64,000 bases of DNA, from positions 13,020,001 to 13,084,000 of the forward strand of contig NC_047026.1 in assembly GCF_902652985.1 (NCBI RefSeq). Direction: 5' to 3'. Shown here one piece after another: positions 37,484-48,900 of this stretch; the stretch's first letter is position 1; each line of letters opens with the position of its first letter. The notes beneath the pieces are model-generated. The model was given only the letters and a program-made list of their open reading frames with translations, ran no database searches and had not been told where the DNA came from. Origin of the DNA: Pecten maximus. Its lineage: Eukaryota. Position numbers and translations under genes: made by a program.

Positions 37484-38274
37484 CAGAGAAGTTAAGATAT
37501 GCTTTAACACAAACATGTAAAGGCGAATGACGAATCTGATTAGCACTTTAGCAGGAGATCGAAGTAAAGACGTCTGTTTAGCACTTTAGGAGGAGAAATA
37601 AACTCGAATCTGTTTAGTACTTTCGGAGGAGAAGTAGAGTTGAATTTGCTTCAACAGGCATATTATCGTACAATATCTTTTAATCTCGTTGCAGGACATG
37701 ATCAATGGGATATATATTGCCGACATGAATGTTTAAGAGTATATCATATTACAACTATATAGTTCAATACAAACTTAATTTCCCTTTGGAACAATGTCTA
37801 GGCAGACATTTCGCTTATCCTATCAGTTATACATGAATAAATACTCGTTTCTTGGACAACATTTACTCAGGAATCGTCTAATAGCATAGTATTCACAAAG
37901 CACAATTGGAAGTGGTTTGGCTTAGGAAGTGGCATATGACCGCCAGTTTTGAACAAAAGGTAGTTTACGTGTGGCACGAGACGTTATACCAACACAATAG
38001 CTGTTCCACAACTTTACGATACTCGCCATAAAGAAGAATTTCTAAGATATTTCCATGGTGTCTCTTATTTTTTCATGTAACTCCTGATATATAGACTACG
38101 ATTAAGATATCCATTTTGGACTCATTGTAACGTTTTTTTTAACCACAATTTTTAAGATAAATTTGAAAAATATATTTTGTTGTCATTGCCGTCGTTATTG
38201 TTATTGAGCACTGTCTGAACGACTCCCTAGCGGTAATTTGCTGTCCTTTAAAGTTTTATCTTTGAACCAATTGT

Positions 38275-39849
38275 CTAATCATGTCCAACGCTGTAGTACT
38301 GGAGACGTTTCACGACGTCACCAAACACCGCCCAAAGGACCAGGTTTTTGTCCAGGCAGATGGCCTGTGTACTCCGCTCGTCTGTAAATAAGGTCTTCAT
38401 GAACTCTCCGTTAGGGTTGATGAGAAGCACGCTGTGGTTGTTACAGTCGGCAATGAGAAGATTTCCAACACTGTCGAAGGTCACATCCCATGGGTCAAAT
38501 GCGGCGTTTACCGCCTGTTGAACTGCTTTCGTATCACTTTTGTATCTGAACATCTCTTCAAACTTTTTGTCCATGACAATAACTTGCTTTTTACTATTCT
38601 CGTCATAGCTCTGCCTTTCAACAACAGCCACGTTCTTTGTCAACCGACACTCTGTTATCTTCTGTGGTAAACGGACCAAGGCTTGTCCAGACGTCGGCGT
38701 TTTCGTGCTGAGGAGCACTTTCCCCTGTTCGGTGAATCTGGTCACTTTTTGTGACATTCCCACCAAGATTTCGTTCCCTGTAGTAACACACAGACAGATG
38801 GGTTTGTTTTTGCAGTGGAATCGCAGATTAGGAGTTCCTTGTATACATTCCATGACAGTGGAATCGGCGTCAGAGCACACCCAAACATTCTTTGTTATGG
38901 GTGATATGCTAATATCTGTTATTCTTACGTTGAACTGGATCTCCGTCCGTACCTTGCCTTTCTTGTTAAGGAGTTGTAGGATATCCGAGTATGAAATCCA
39001 AACTTCCTCGCTGCCAGTTGGACTTATCCTGTTGCCAATCCTTTCGGTATGGAATTTGCCCATGATGCTGGTTTGGGGTAGGAGGGTGAACTTCACGGGG
39101 AGTCTATTGGTTGGCATCGCTCCTGAGGTTGAACTCCCAGAAGCCGATTCCACCATCGGTGATGGAAGCTCCGTTGTAGATCTTGATTGGCTCTCCGACA
39201 GGTCATTAGTCGTCAACATCCCTAACGCTTGCTCTAGGTAACAACGGTATTGTGAAGGTGCTTCAAAGATGGCTGTATGTAGTCCAGGGGTGGCGGGTAA
39301 GTTCAAAGCTAGGCTACGGAATGCATGCCCGACGTCACAAAGCTCAATAACAGACGCCTCTTGAAGTCGTGTTTTGCATTCGTGTAGCTGTTTAGCGAGT
39401 CCTTCCTGGCTGTCTTTCAGACATTTTTTGTAGTCAGTAAGGCGCTGGACGTTTTCAGCTTTCATTTTTTGACACAATGAGGTCGATCTTTTTATCGATT
39501 CATCGATTTCGTTCTTTAATTTCACTCCTCGTTCTTGAACTGTTGTCTCCATTTTATCAAAGTAGTCTGAGGTTTCCGCGATTTCCTTGTCAATTGAGTC
39601 TTTGTTTTCATTTATATGTGGAAGCTTGATATTTTCAATTTCTTTTATGAATGTGATCATTTCTGATTTCTTTTGCTCAGCTATTTCACTCAATTCGGTC
39701 AACTCGTGTCCCCTGTGGCGGGAACCTACACATTTCTTACAGGCGAGTTCGTTGCATTTTTCACAAATGAATTCCACAGCTTTTCCAACATGGTGAATAC
39801 ACGTGCCCTGTCCCTTCTTACGAACAGCTGTCTGCACTGCGGCGGCCAT
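38275..39849 (-). CDS. RING-less TRIM-like protein (B-box, coiled coil, NHL-like beta-propeller), 524 aa
   Basis: Single coding exon. B-box CIHH..FICEKCNELACKKCVGSRHRGH, a heptad-rich coiled coil, an S/T linker, and NHL-type repeats such as FDPWDVTFDSVGNLLIADCNNHSVLLINPNG. Splice acceptor just upstream of the ATG (~39911) and a candidate non-coding exon-1 donor at ~45506. Confidence 0.92.
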   Translation of the reverse strand: MAAAVQTAVRKKGQGTCIHHVGKAVEFICEKCNELACKKCVGSRHRGHELTELSEIAEQKKSEMITFIKEIENIKLPHINENKDSIDKEIAETSDYFDKMETTVQERGVKLKNEIDESIKRSTSLCQKMKAENVQRLTDYKKCLKDSQEGLAKQLHECKTRLQEASVIELCDVGHAFRSLALNLPATPGLHTAIFEAPSQYRCYLEQALGMLTTNDLSESQSRSTTELPSPMVESASGSSTSGAMPTNRLPVKFTLLPQTSIMGKFHTERIGNRISPTGSEEVWISYSDILQLLNKKGKVRTEIQFNVRITDISISPITKNVWVCSDADSTVMECIQGTPNLRFHCKNKPICLCVTTGNEILVGMSQKVTRFTEQGKVLLSTKTPTSGQALVRLPQKITECRLTKNVAVVERQSYDENSKKQVIVMDKKFEEMFRYKSDTKAVQQAVNAAFDPWDVTFDSVGNLLIADCNNHSVLLINPNGEFMKTLFTDERSTQAICLDKNLVLWAVFGDVVKRLQYYSVGHD

Positions 39850-39993
39850 GGCTAACAGTCTGAATTTCCTTTGTTTTTTTTTCCAATTAATTCAGATCGT
39901 GTTTTGCATTCTGAAAAAAGAAAGAAAAATAGTTACAAATGTTAATGTATCACAACAAAGAGTCCAAGCAATGATTTTTTTTTTTTTTTGCAT

Positions 39994-42900
39994 TAGAAGT
40001 TGGTTAAAATCTTTCCTCAAAATAATCCAAGATGACCGCCATTACAGAAAAGCCAATATTCAAATGGACATATAAAGATATATAAGGGGACTAGAAATAC
40101 ATTCTAGGTGTCATTTCCAACTAGATTTGAGTTGGTTATTAGTTTCACTTCTGAAATGATTTAAGATCAAATTTTTTTTTCAGGATTAAGGTCAATGTGA
40201 AATTAGATCAAATTTTGACTCAAATTTTGGCGAAAATTGTGTTTATTGATTACGTAATATTGTTTGTTTCATTTTCAGGTGCTGATCATGATCCAGTCCT
40301 TATAATTCTATTAGGATAGGTTGAGTATATTGTAATGCATGGATAAATCTTATTCATCTGGAATTTTCTATTTTTGTTTCAGAAATAAAGGTGTCATGGC
40401 ATCATCAACCGGTAATCTGAAATTTTCATCAATTCTCTTCCGAGGAAACATAATTTTATGACAACTAAGGAATTTATAAAGTGATTTAAATATTGATAGA
40501 TTCCAAGATCACCTGGTTGATAACGCTTCTTGTGCGTGTGGTGCACCTAGAGAGGATACTGTGCATTTTTTATTTCAATGTCCCCTTTATGCCAACTTTA
40601 GACACCATATTACATCCATTTATAATTTATTAGGTTATGTAAATCTTCATTGTTTATTATACGGTATCCTCAATGCATTTGATCATGTTAACTTATATAT
40701 TAAATCTTCTAAACGTTTCTCTATGTAACATGATGTTGGTAGCAAACATACTATATATACAGATATACATGTATAATTATTTCTATCTCTAGCAAGTTTT
40801 GTTTTTGAATATTGTAACAACATTCTAATATGAATGTGTGAATGAATGTGCGAGTGAATCCTTATTGATTTTTTTTTATTACATTCAAGTAATCGTTTAT
40901 AGGCCTGCCAGAAAGATGCTGTGCTTTCACTTCACTAAAGATCAATGCTACTTTTATGAATCTTAGCAATGCCATTAGTCTACCTAATAAATTATACGTT
41001 ATATTTATGTATTGGAAGGACTATGTGGTTGCTTTCACCTTACTCTTGTACAAATACATTTAACTCTCATACTTTACTATTATATTTTAGGATCAAAAGA
41101 GGGAGCGTAACATCTTTCTGTCAGGTCTAACCTGAAGTTTTTTTCTGGAAGAAGACTTATATAGGCTTAGCCTGTTGTCTGATTCTTTTAACAATGCTGT
41201 ATTTGCATGCACAAATATTTGTATGTATTATATATTTATTGTTAATAAAATATTTTGAAATAAAATCAACCGGTAATGCTATTTGCTTACGATGTGGGGA
41301 GGAGACAGTATTGAATCAAAAAGGTTATCAGTGTGTTGGACGTAAAGGACTTAGACAATTAATGATTTCAGTCGTAAACTCAACGACCTAAATCCTGAGA
41401 ACATCATTCCTTGACGACAACAAAAAGAAATTTGTGCACAAGGAATGTCGTAAAATGCACACAAGTCACAGACGATATGAACAAATGTGCAAACGTAAAG
41501 ATGAATTTGAGTCTGTGTCAGTTAAGAAACTTCGATCTGAAGTCAAACAGTTTTCTTTCCGCACTGACTGTTATCTATGCGGAAAACTTTTTGACCAAGA
41601 CAAGGTCAAAAGATTTCCCAACAATATTGAATATGAATTTCGTCGTGTAATGGTACTTAACGGGAAAAGAATTATTATGGAAAGATGGACCGAACGACGT
41701 GCAAATCAAGTCGACAAGTGGGCTGATTCTGTGGCACATAGACTTGCATGCACTAATGATCTTCCAGCAGAAGAGGCAATTTATCATCGTCGATGCTTCC
41801 AATATTTCATGTCACCAAATAATCTCGAAGGACGTCCTTTGGAGGGAGCTCCACTCATTAAGAGCGGGCGATGGAGTGGGTCAGTTGATGCTGCAAAGAC
41901 AAGCTTTGTTGCTTTGGACAAGAAGCACGAAATCAAGAAATCCTCAAGTAGTGGCGAAGTATATTCCAAAAATCCCTTGAGCGTCAACTTTATGCTCACT
42001 ACGGGGGCAGAGTATCCATCACATCTTTGAAGCAGCAACTCTAGATGGTAAGAATGTTATACATATGATGGGCCAGATGGGTGCTATCCCACCTAGGGAA
42101 TAAGGAAATCCCAAGAGGTAATGTATCATTGGAAGACATTCAGAAAATAGGACAGCATAAAATTATATTCTAAAAGGATCCAAAAGCAGTTCTTGTGAAT
42201 AATAAGTACACCAATGTTTGTAAATTCACTACAGATATTCATAACAGCAAGCTTGATATCATGTTGCAAATTTCGATGCACTTGTCTCGGCCTCGACCTT
42301 TATTATCTGGGTATATACAATCACTACATGTAGACAAGATTCTTAAGTGAATACTCTAGCCTCAGTTGTCAATTTAAAAGCAGCGTCCGGTGAGAGAATT
42401 GAAAAGGATCAACGACATTCCACTTTCTGAACTCTTCAAATATGAGTTCTTTTCATACCGTCCATCACTCTTTGATGACCATTTGTGTATGCGAACAGGG
42501 AACAAAGCTGAAATCATACACCATCTCCTGAAGCTTGCTCCTTTAAGCATCACCCGAGACGTGATTGACATGCGATTGCCGTTTGTTATTGATGGGGGGA
42601 GATTGCTCCACAAGTTTCCGTGGCCTAAACATGCCAACTTCGCCGATATATGTGAAATGTATACCCGCCATGTCCATGAAAGATTCGGCCACGCATCGGT
42701 GGTATTTGACGGGTACCATCACTCCAGCACCAAGGATGAAGCCCATCGGCGTCGGGAAAAGACACGATATGGCTGCTTTAGTGTCAGTGTCTTCGAGAAT
42801 GCGTTTAACAATGACCAAAAAAGCTTTCCTTGTTAATGCATCAAATAAGCAGAGCTTCATATACCTCGCTTGCAGAATACCTGGTCAAAGTCAGCATCAG

Positions 42901-44289
42901 TGTTTAACATGCAGAAGGCGACGCTGACAACAAAATAAGCAAAATTGCATGTCTTAGTGCGGCTACACCTGTACATGGTGACATCAAGGCAGACGGTTTC
43001 CATCACTACCTTGAAGAAGACTCTTGATCCTTGATTTGCTGAAGCTTTACTTTTCCTGCACGCATTTAGTGGATGCGATACCACGTCAGGGCCTAATGGA
43101 ATCGGAAAAGTAATCATCCTAACCAAGTACAGAGCACTACATCGGTCTTCATCCGCTTTCATGTCTCCATCTTCATCAAAAGATGACATCAAAAGAGCAG
43201 GAGAAGACGCCATGTTGGAAATATAAGGGACCACAGCAACACCAAACCTTAACGCGGCACGAGTGACAAAGTTTTAGCTAAAAGTGGCAACTTCTCCAGG
43301 ATTCCTGTATACTGGGAAACTGCCTCCTACCAGCAATGCAACCGCTTATCACAGCCATCGGACATATCATCAGGTACGAGCTTGGCGCGGTAATAGCATC
43401 CCTCCTGGGGACTGGGGATGGCAAAAGTCCCCTACGGCTGGTCTTGTACCATTCCGGATGACCAAGCCAGCTGCACCAGAAAGACTAATTTCAATCATAA
43501 GGTGTAGCTGCAGTGGGAAATGTAACAAGAAAACATGCACTTGCTGTAAAAATGCATTGTTATGTACACAAGCGTGTGGTCAGTGCCGAGGCATCACATG
43601 TTTAAATAGATCACCCTCAGACAGCCAAGACGATGAAGGCGTGGAGGTAGACGGTGATATCACGGGATGTTAGTCAGGATGGGTGCTCGACTCATAAAGA
43701 ACGCCGATGTTCAAATAGACGTTAATAATATGTATGCTATATCATTTTAATTATAAATAGATACAAGTAAGACAGTTGAAACAGTTTGCAATGACATCAC
43801 ATGTGTTGGTTTCTTTTTCATATCCATTTGATAAAATCTCTGTGATTGCATTTTACGTTATAAAGCATGGATTAAACAAAACTTCCTCTTACATTAATGA
43901 TATTTAACAGTTAGATATCAAATGAATGGCTGTGAATGACAGTTAATGGCAAATAGTCTTTTCTGGAGACGACAAAGTGTTACAATACTTGAATTTTGAC
44001 TTATTTCAAAAACTTGCAACTTCCATTACAATTATTTTCTTGACCTCTGATGACTTTGAAAGTATCACCAAACAATTTGTTACCCTATAATTAGCTGGAA
44101 ATGACACCTTAAATGTATTTCTAAGTCACTTAGTTCCAATACTACGACCGTTTGAAAATTGAACCTTCTGTAATGGTGGCCATCTTGGATTTTGGACGAA
44201 AACGAGTGGATTATTTTCTGTGTTCTATTGTACAATCACTTAGCCCATTTCAGTTGAGAAACCTTTGTTAGAAATTTTGTCCAACCTTA
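39994..44289 (+). mobile_element. Decayed AcademX-like DNA transposon (XPG/PIN nuclease plus Cys-rich zinc finger), long TIRs
   Basis: Inverted repeats 40024-40123 and 44092-44191; outer ends TAGAAGTTGG / CCAACCTTA (exact termini uncertain). Broken ORF with DLPAEEAIYHRRC, VIDGGRLLH, VVFDGY..STKDEAH.RR, HAEGDAD, LHAFSGCDTTS..GIGK, LPPT..AYHSHRTYHQV..W and CSCSGKC..CTCCK..CTQACGQC. Confidence 0.8.
40417..41264 (+). mobile_element. 5'-truncated LINE (CR1/L2 group) nested in the Academ-like element, 13-bp TSD
   Basis: Encodes SDLNIDRFQDHLVDNASCACGAPREDTVHFLFQCPLY (ORF2 C-terminus), then a 3'UTR with an AATAAA tail. ATCAACCGGTAAT is duplicated at 40404-40416 and 41265-41277. Confidence 0.9.
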
Positions 44290-45005
44290 GTCATTCATTG
44301 CCTGGAATATTATAGAGATATATTCTTCAAATATACTTTATCATTGCACGAAGCTTATACCTTCAGCGTATAGAATATCGACTAAGCGAAACAGACATAG
44401 CCATCTATAAAGTATTTATAACTCGGGATCAGTAGAGCAAATTAATAGCCATCATATTGCCTGGGCGCTTTCCTTTATCCATTCGGACCGATTTAACCAG
44501 GCTTGCCCACTTTACATCAAACCGGTTCTTTTGACAACTGTTACTATTAAAGCTTGTCATAGATTTTATGAAATCATTAAAACATTGGGATATCCACGAA
44601 GCTCCAAATCTTCACTTGAAAAGTTGCTAAATCAGTCTGTTCACATAAAAGAGAGCGCGCTGGTTTACAGGAACATTTAGTCAGTGTTCCCTGATTACGC
44701 CGTGTAAGTTTTATGTACACAAATAGTTTCAAGTGGGATGTAATAATATGATATATAATCCGGACCACTTTTATGTAAATCAAACATTAGATAAGTTAAC
44801 AGATATACATTAATCTATGTGATGAAAATAGTCAGATTTTTTTTTTTTTTTTTTTTGTGACAGTGAAAACGAAAGTACGACATTTAACATTATGGCGCTT
44901 TGTCAAAACTCTAAATTTTATATTATCTACTTTCATTATGACAAGTATAATACGCATTACCTATACCGATACATTTGTCCGGAATAACCCCTAGGTCCAT
45001 AATAA

Positions 45006-45096
45006 GGCCCATAATATAAGACTTCGAAGGTTCGTATCGTGATTTGAACGTTTAATTTATCGAACCTCGAACCTTCAAAGTCTTATATCATAGGAC
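45006..45096. repeat. Short imperfect inverted repeat (possible mini-MITE)
   Basis: GGCCCATAATATAAGACTTCGAAGGTTCG pairs with CGAACCTTCAAAGTCTTATATCATAGGAC. No clear TSD. Confidence 0.6.
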
Positions 45097-46989
45097 AGAA
45101 AATCCCCAGACGGTCGATCTCGTCCCAACACAGGAATGATAAGACATCGATAGATTAGGCTTGAATTCGAGCATAAATATTCATGTTATAATATATTATG
45201 TGTAAATATTCTAGAAAATATTTCATAAAGTGTCCTCTTCCATCTCAAGTCTCATTTACACTAAAACACGATGATTATTACACGCGTGTCATTATTTAGC
45301 ACAAGTACATGCCGTGTGTATTAATCGATTTCCTGTGCTGGGGGTAATATGGTTATACTGATGACAACTTATCAGGTCGACCACGCTGAATTTTTAATAG
45401 AAAACTGTCTGATGAAGAAAGAACAGATAGAATGTGGTCATATAAATGTAGTACTAACGTTTATCTTGTGGTCAAAATAGTAATCAAACTAATGAGTAAA
45501 ACTTACGTGTAGCATCCGGAGAAACAATATCATTGCACCACTTTCATTCAAAATGATGTCATTGATCTGTCTGGGAGATCGACAAGGTCCAATCGCCTTC
45601 TCCAATTAGACCAACAGCTGGAGGTGCGCTGGTGATCTGGTCTCTGCTACATTTGTACGTACGCTGTCGAAATGGATATGTTCCTTCTGTATTTAGATAT
45701 GACATCACGTGGGAAAAACCCGGTGGATCAATATATTGATTCCGTTTCCTGTACCTGGATAATTTCAGTTTAGTTAATTCGTGGCAAATGTTACATTATT
45801 AATTAATACTTGATTGATTAATCAGTAATCTTTTTTCATTTCCATGATTAAGTATACATTTTAATGCATTTTATTTTAGTTCCGTGTATTTTAGATGTTA
45901 ATGCAAGTAAAACAAGATGTAAATAAAAATCGATTCATTGTCGCTGAAACATATTCCACTAATAATTAACATATCATTACTAAGAGATGCCTACATTGCA
46001 TAATTAGAATAAATAGAATTCGATACAATTTATTCTTCCATTACAATGACAATACTAAAAATACAGTTGTAATTCTATCAAGTCAATAAGTATATAATTT
46101 ATTGATTAATCAACAGTACACATTTACATTAACGGTTATCTCTTGGATGTCCATTAATGCTTTGTCATGATTATATCATGACGTCACGGAATGTCATAAT
46201 GCCCGATACAAAAGTGAAACTACAGCGAGGCAGAAGATCCGTACACGGGCCGTCGTATACGATAATAATGTGTAGATTGTGAAATTCTACATTTAATATG
46301 AAGATGGAGTCATTTTGCTTCGGTATAGATTTATTTCGCTTTGGCATGGTTTCATCTTTTTGCTTCAGGAGATGTGTGTAAGAGGCGACTGATGTGGAAA
46401 TCCCATATGCTACACACAATGAATAATTTTGGCTTGATCTTTTCTCTCAACTTTCATACTTCCTACTTTTTTTATTCTCACTGTCGTATTGGTAAACCTT
46501 GTTTTTGGCATTAACCTCAGACCATCCGAACCCCCGTAACCGAAGCGAGGGAGCTTAATGTTTTGTAGCAATCTCTCAATTGAAACAAAGTCTTTAAAAA
46601 TGTGTTTAATGCTTAATCTGTGTGCCTATCTGTGTGTGTCTAATTATTTATTTATTTATTTATTTATTGTATTTCATTTCCTTTCATTTCATTTTATTCT
46701 ATTTTATTTTATTTATTGTGTTTGTGTGTAAAATCGAAACTTTCCCAGAGATCGTAGAAAATATGATATTCACTCATAAGTTTCATTATAATTTAAACAT
46801 AAGAGTCATGGCAGTATACCTCTAGGCTATATGTAACGTTACCGTGAACATTCAGCACACACAATTTCATTCGGTAAGGCATTCTAGTTATTGACAACTA
46901 CAATATGTTATTTACTATTTTGTTGTCATATTGATCTAAGAGCACCATAAATAATTTTGGATCAATCCTTTTGGCGTGTAAGGTGGAAA

Positions 46990-47115
46990 AATAAACAAAT
47001 AAATTGTCTGTTGCATTTTTGTTTGGAAAATATCCGGATTCCGGAAAAAGCACAGGTGCGACTTGGCTTGGCATTTAGTATTTCCTACGCGGCTGTAGCA
47101 ACGCAAAATGGCGGT
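46990..47115 (+). promoter_or_regulatory. HOATZ proximal promoter/5'UTR with candidate forkhead, RFX half-site and YY1 motifs
   Basis: TAAACAA at 46992-46998, GTAGCAAC at 47095-47102, and AAAATGGCGG overlapping the ATG. These are short motifs and only suggestive. Confidence 0.4.
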
Positions 47116-48900
47116 TGCGGTTGATCTGTCGAGGAACACCGACAGTGTCGAATTTTCCGGTTCTTCTTCTGAAGATATCAACTATGCCAAGACATTTTGG
47201 CAATCTGTACAGTTAGAGCCACCAGCAGAATCCCGTCTCGTATCCAGTGACATAAAGCAACGTCTCAAAGTAGCTCCATCTGGAACTCACGGTAAAATTT
47301 CAGTTTGAAAACTATTTTGGCTTCAATAGATACTGACAGTACAGTAGGCCCACTGTACTCTACCTAGTACTCACTACTGTACTGTGCAGGTAGCCGAGAT
47401 CTATCTTTCTCAAGATGTAATAATGGGTAAATTTATATAGTTGATTAATTAATTGAATACTGATATTTTCCTATATACAGTAGGCCTACTGTATCATATG
47501 AGTGTATGCCACGTGTAGATGAATTCAAGTCAAACAACTGTCAAATTAAATGCTATGCCTAATCACTGACAAGGCCTCATTTGTACTTACATAGTAGTAT
47601 ATATACTAATAAGATGCAGACCCCAAGTAATCTGGGAAATATATCTCTCTGTTATAGATTCTTTTTCTTATTACAGGTTTGTCGTATGCACACAATATAC
47701 CAGAAGAAAAACCAGGTATGGAAATGAGTTTCTAATTGTTAATTATATGCTAATAGTATGATACTGTAATTTAAGTTCCCAAGTATATGCATAGTGAAAT
47801 ATTTGAACTTTTAAGTGTACATGTTTACACAAATTTTCTTAGTAAAGTTTAAATACAGAATTATCAATCATTGTACATAATTGTATTTCAGAATTACACG
47901 ATTTCTTTGTGAGAGTGAGGACTCTTGAACAGTTGGAACACTTTTCGAGAGTCCAGAAATTTGCAGAGGCAAGAGAAGAAGATCGAACTATGATCGAGAA
48001 ACGCAGAGCAGAACGGATAAAGGTACAGTATCTACTGAATACACGGTCTCCCTTCATATTTCAAGATAACAATTTGAGTATGCCGATTGCTCAGAAGTGT
48101 TGACATCGGTATTAGTTGCTATATTACATTATGTATATAATAGAACGACTGACTGTAAATTTTTTATTATAATTAATTTGTGATGGTATACAGGAAAGAT
48201 TAATTAACACCAAGACAAAGATTCAAACCTGGAACCTTCAAATTTTCAGATTTGCATTTAACCACTACACACTGTTTTCTAGCCAGAGTTTTCTCTGGCC
48301 CTGTCACCATGTCTGGTGTAGGCCGAGTTTTCTCTGGCCCTGTCACCATGTCTGGTTCTCTGGCCCTGTCACCATGTCTGGTGTAGCCCGAGTTTTCTCT
48401 GGCCCTGTCACCATGTCTGGTGTAGCCCGAGTTTTCTCTTGCCCTGTCACCATGTCTGGTGTAGCCCGAGTTTTCTCTGGCCCTGTCACCATGTCTGGTG
48501 TAGCCCGAGTTTTCTCTGGCCCTGTCACCATGTCTGGTGTAGGCCAGACATGGTGACAGGGCCAGAGAAAACTCGGGCTAACTGTTTTCACGACAAAATT
48601 GATCAGTCTTTTACACATCCATCTTAATCCTATGTTCAATAAGTACAGAAGACCAAACAACACCCGTAGGTAGATCTTCAACAGGTTTAATTGTTAATCC
48701 TATTTTTGTTGTTTTATTTGCAGAGAGAAAGTATTTCACGAGATTTCATTGGCCGTAAACGAAGGGTACATGAGGCATATGATGGCAAGTCTGAGGAAGC
48801 AGACAGTGGTGTGATCGAGGAAGATCCTTCAGACGTGCTACAACAACTAGACACTTTTGAAAAGTCAAAGTTTGGGGAACAGGATCCTGATTCAGACTGA
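47108..48900 (+). CDS. HOATZ: Cilia- and flagella-associated protein HOATZ (C11orf88 family), 176 aa
   Basis: Exons 47108-47291, 47677-47715, 47892-48022 and 48724-48900 (531 nt, phases join). [41 protein letters not shown] matches recalled vertebrate HOATZ (FAGSSEQDANLAKQFW..YPPSESQLV..QRLPVA). AREE..RRAERIKRE follows in the expected position. Confidence 0.88.
48280..48580. mobile_element. Non-autonomous AcademH-like element with a tandemly amplified TIR, in HOATZ intron 3
   Basis: Termini TAG...CTA and a 9-bp direct repeat ACTGTTTTC at 48271-48279 and 48581-48589. Six full and one partial 39-bp direct units are followed by one inverted 37-bp copy. Confidence 0.82.

Noticed and set aside
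38434-40075. Plus-strand ORFs up to 178 aa overlapping the TRIM-like gene
   Set aside because: Antisense shadows of a real CDS, with no recognisable motifs.
43284-43673. Cys-rich ORF as a host tesmin/CXC or metallothionein-like gene
   Set aside because: It is the C-terminus of the frameshifted transposon ORF, inside the TIRs.
48343-48681. Repetitive ORFs on both strands ([13 protein letters not shown] repeats and others)
   Set aside because: Translations of the 39-bp TIR array inside a HOATZ intron.
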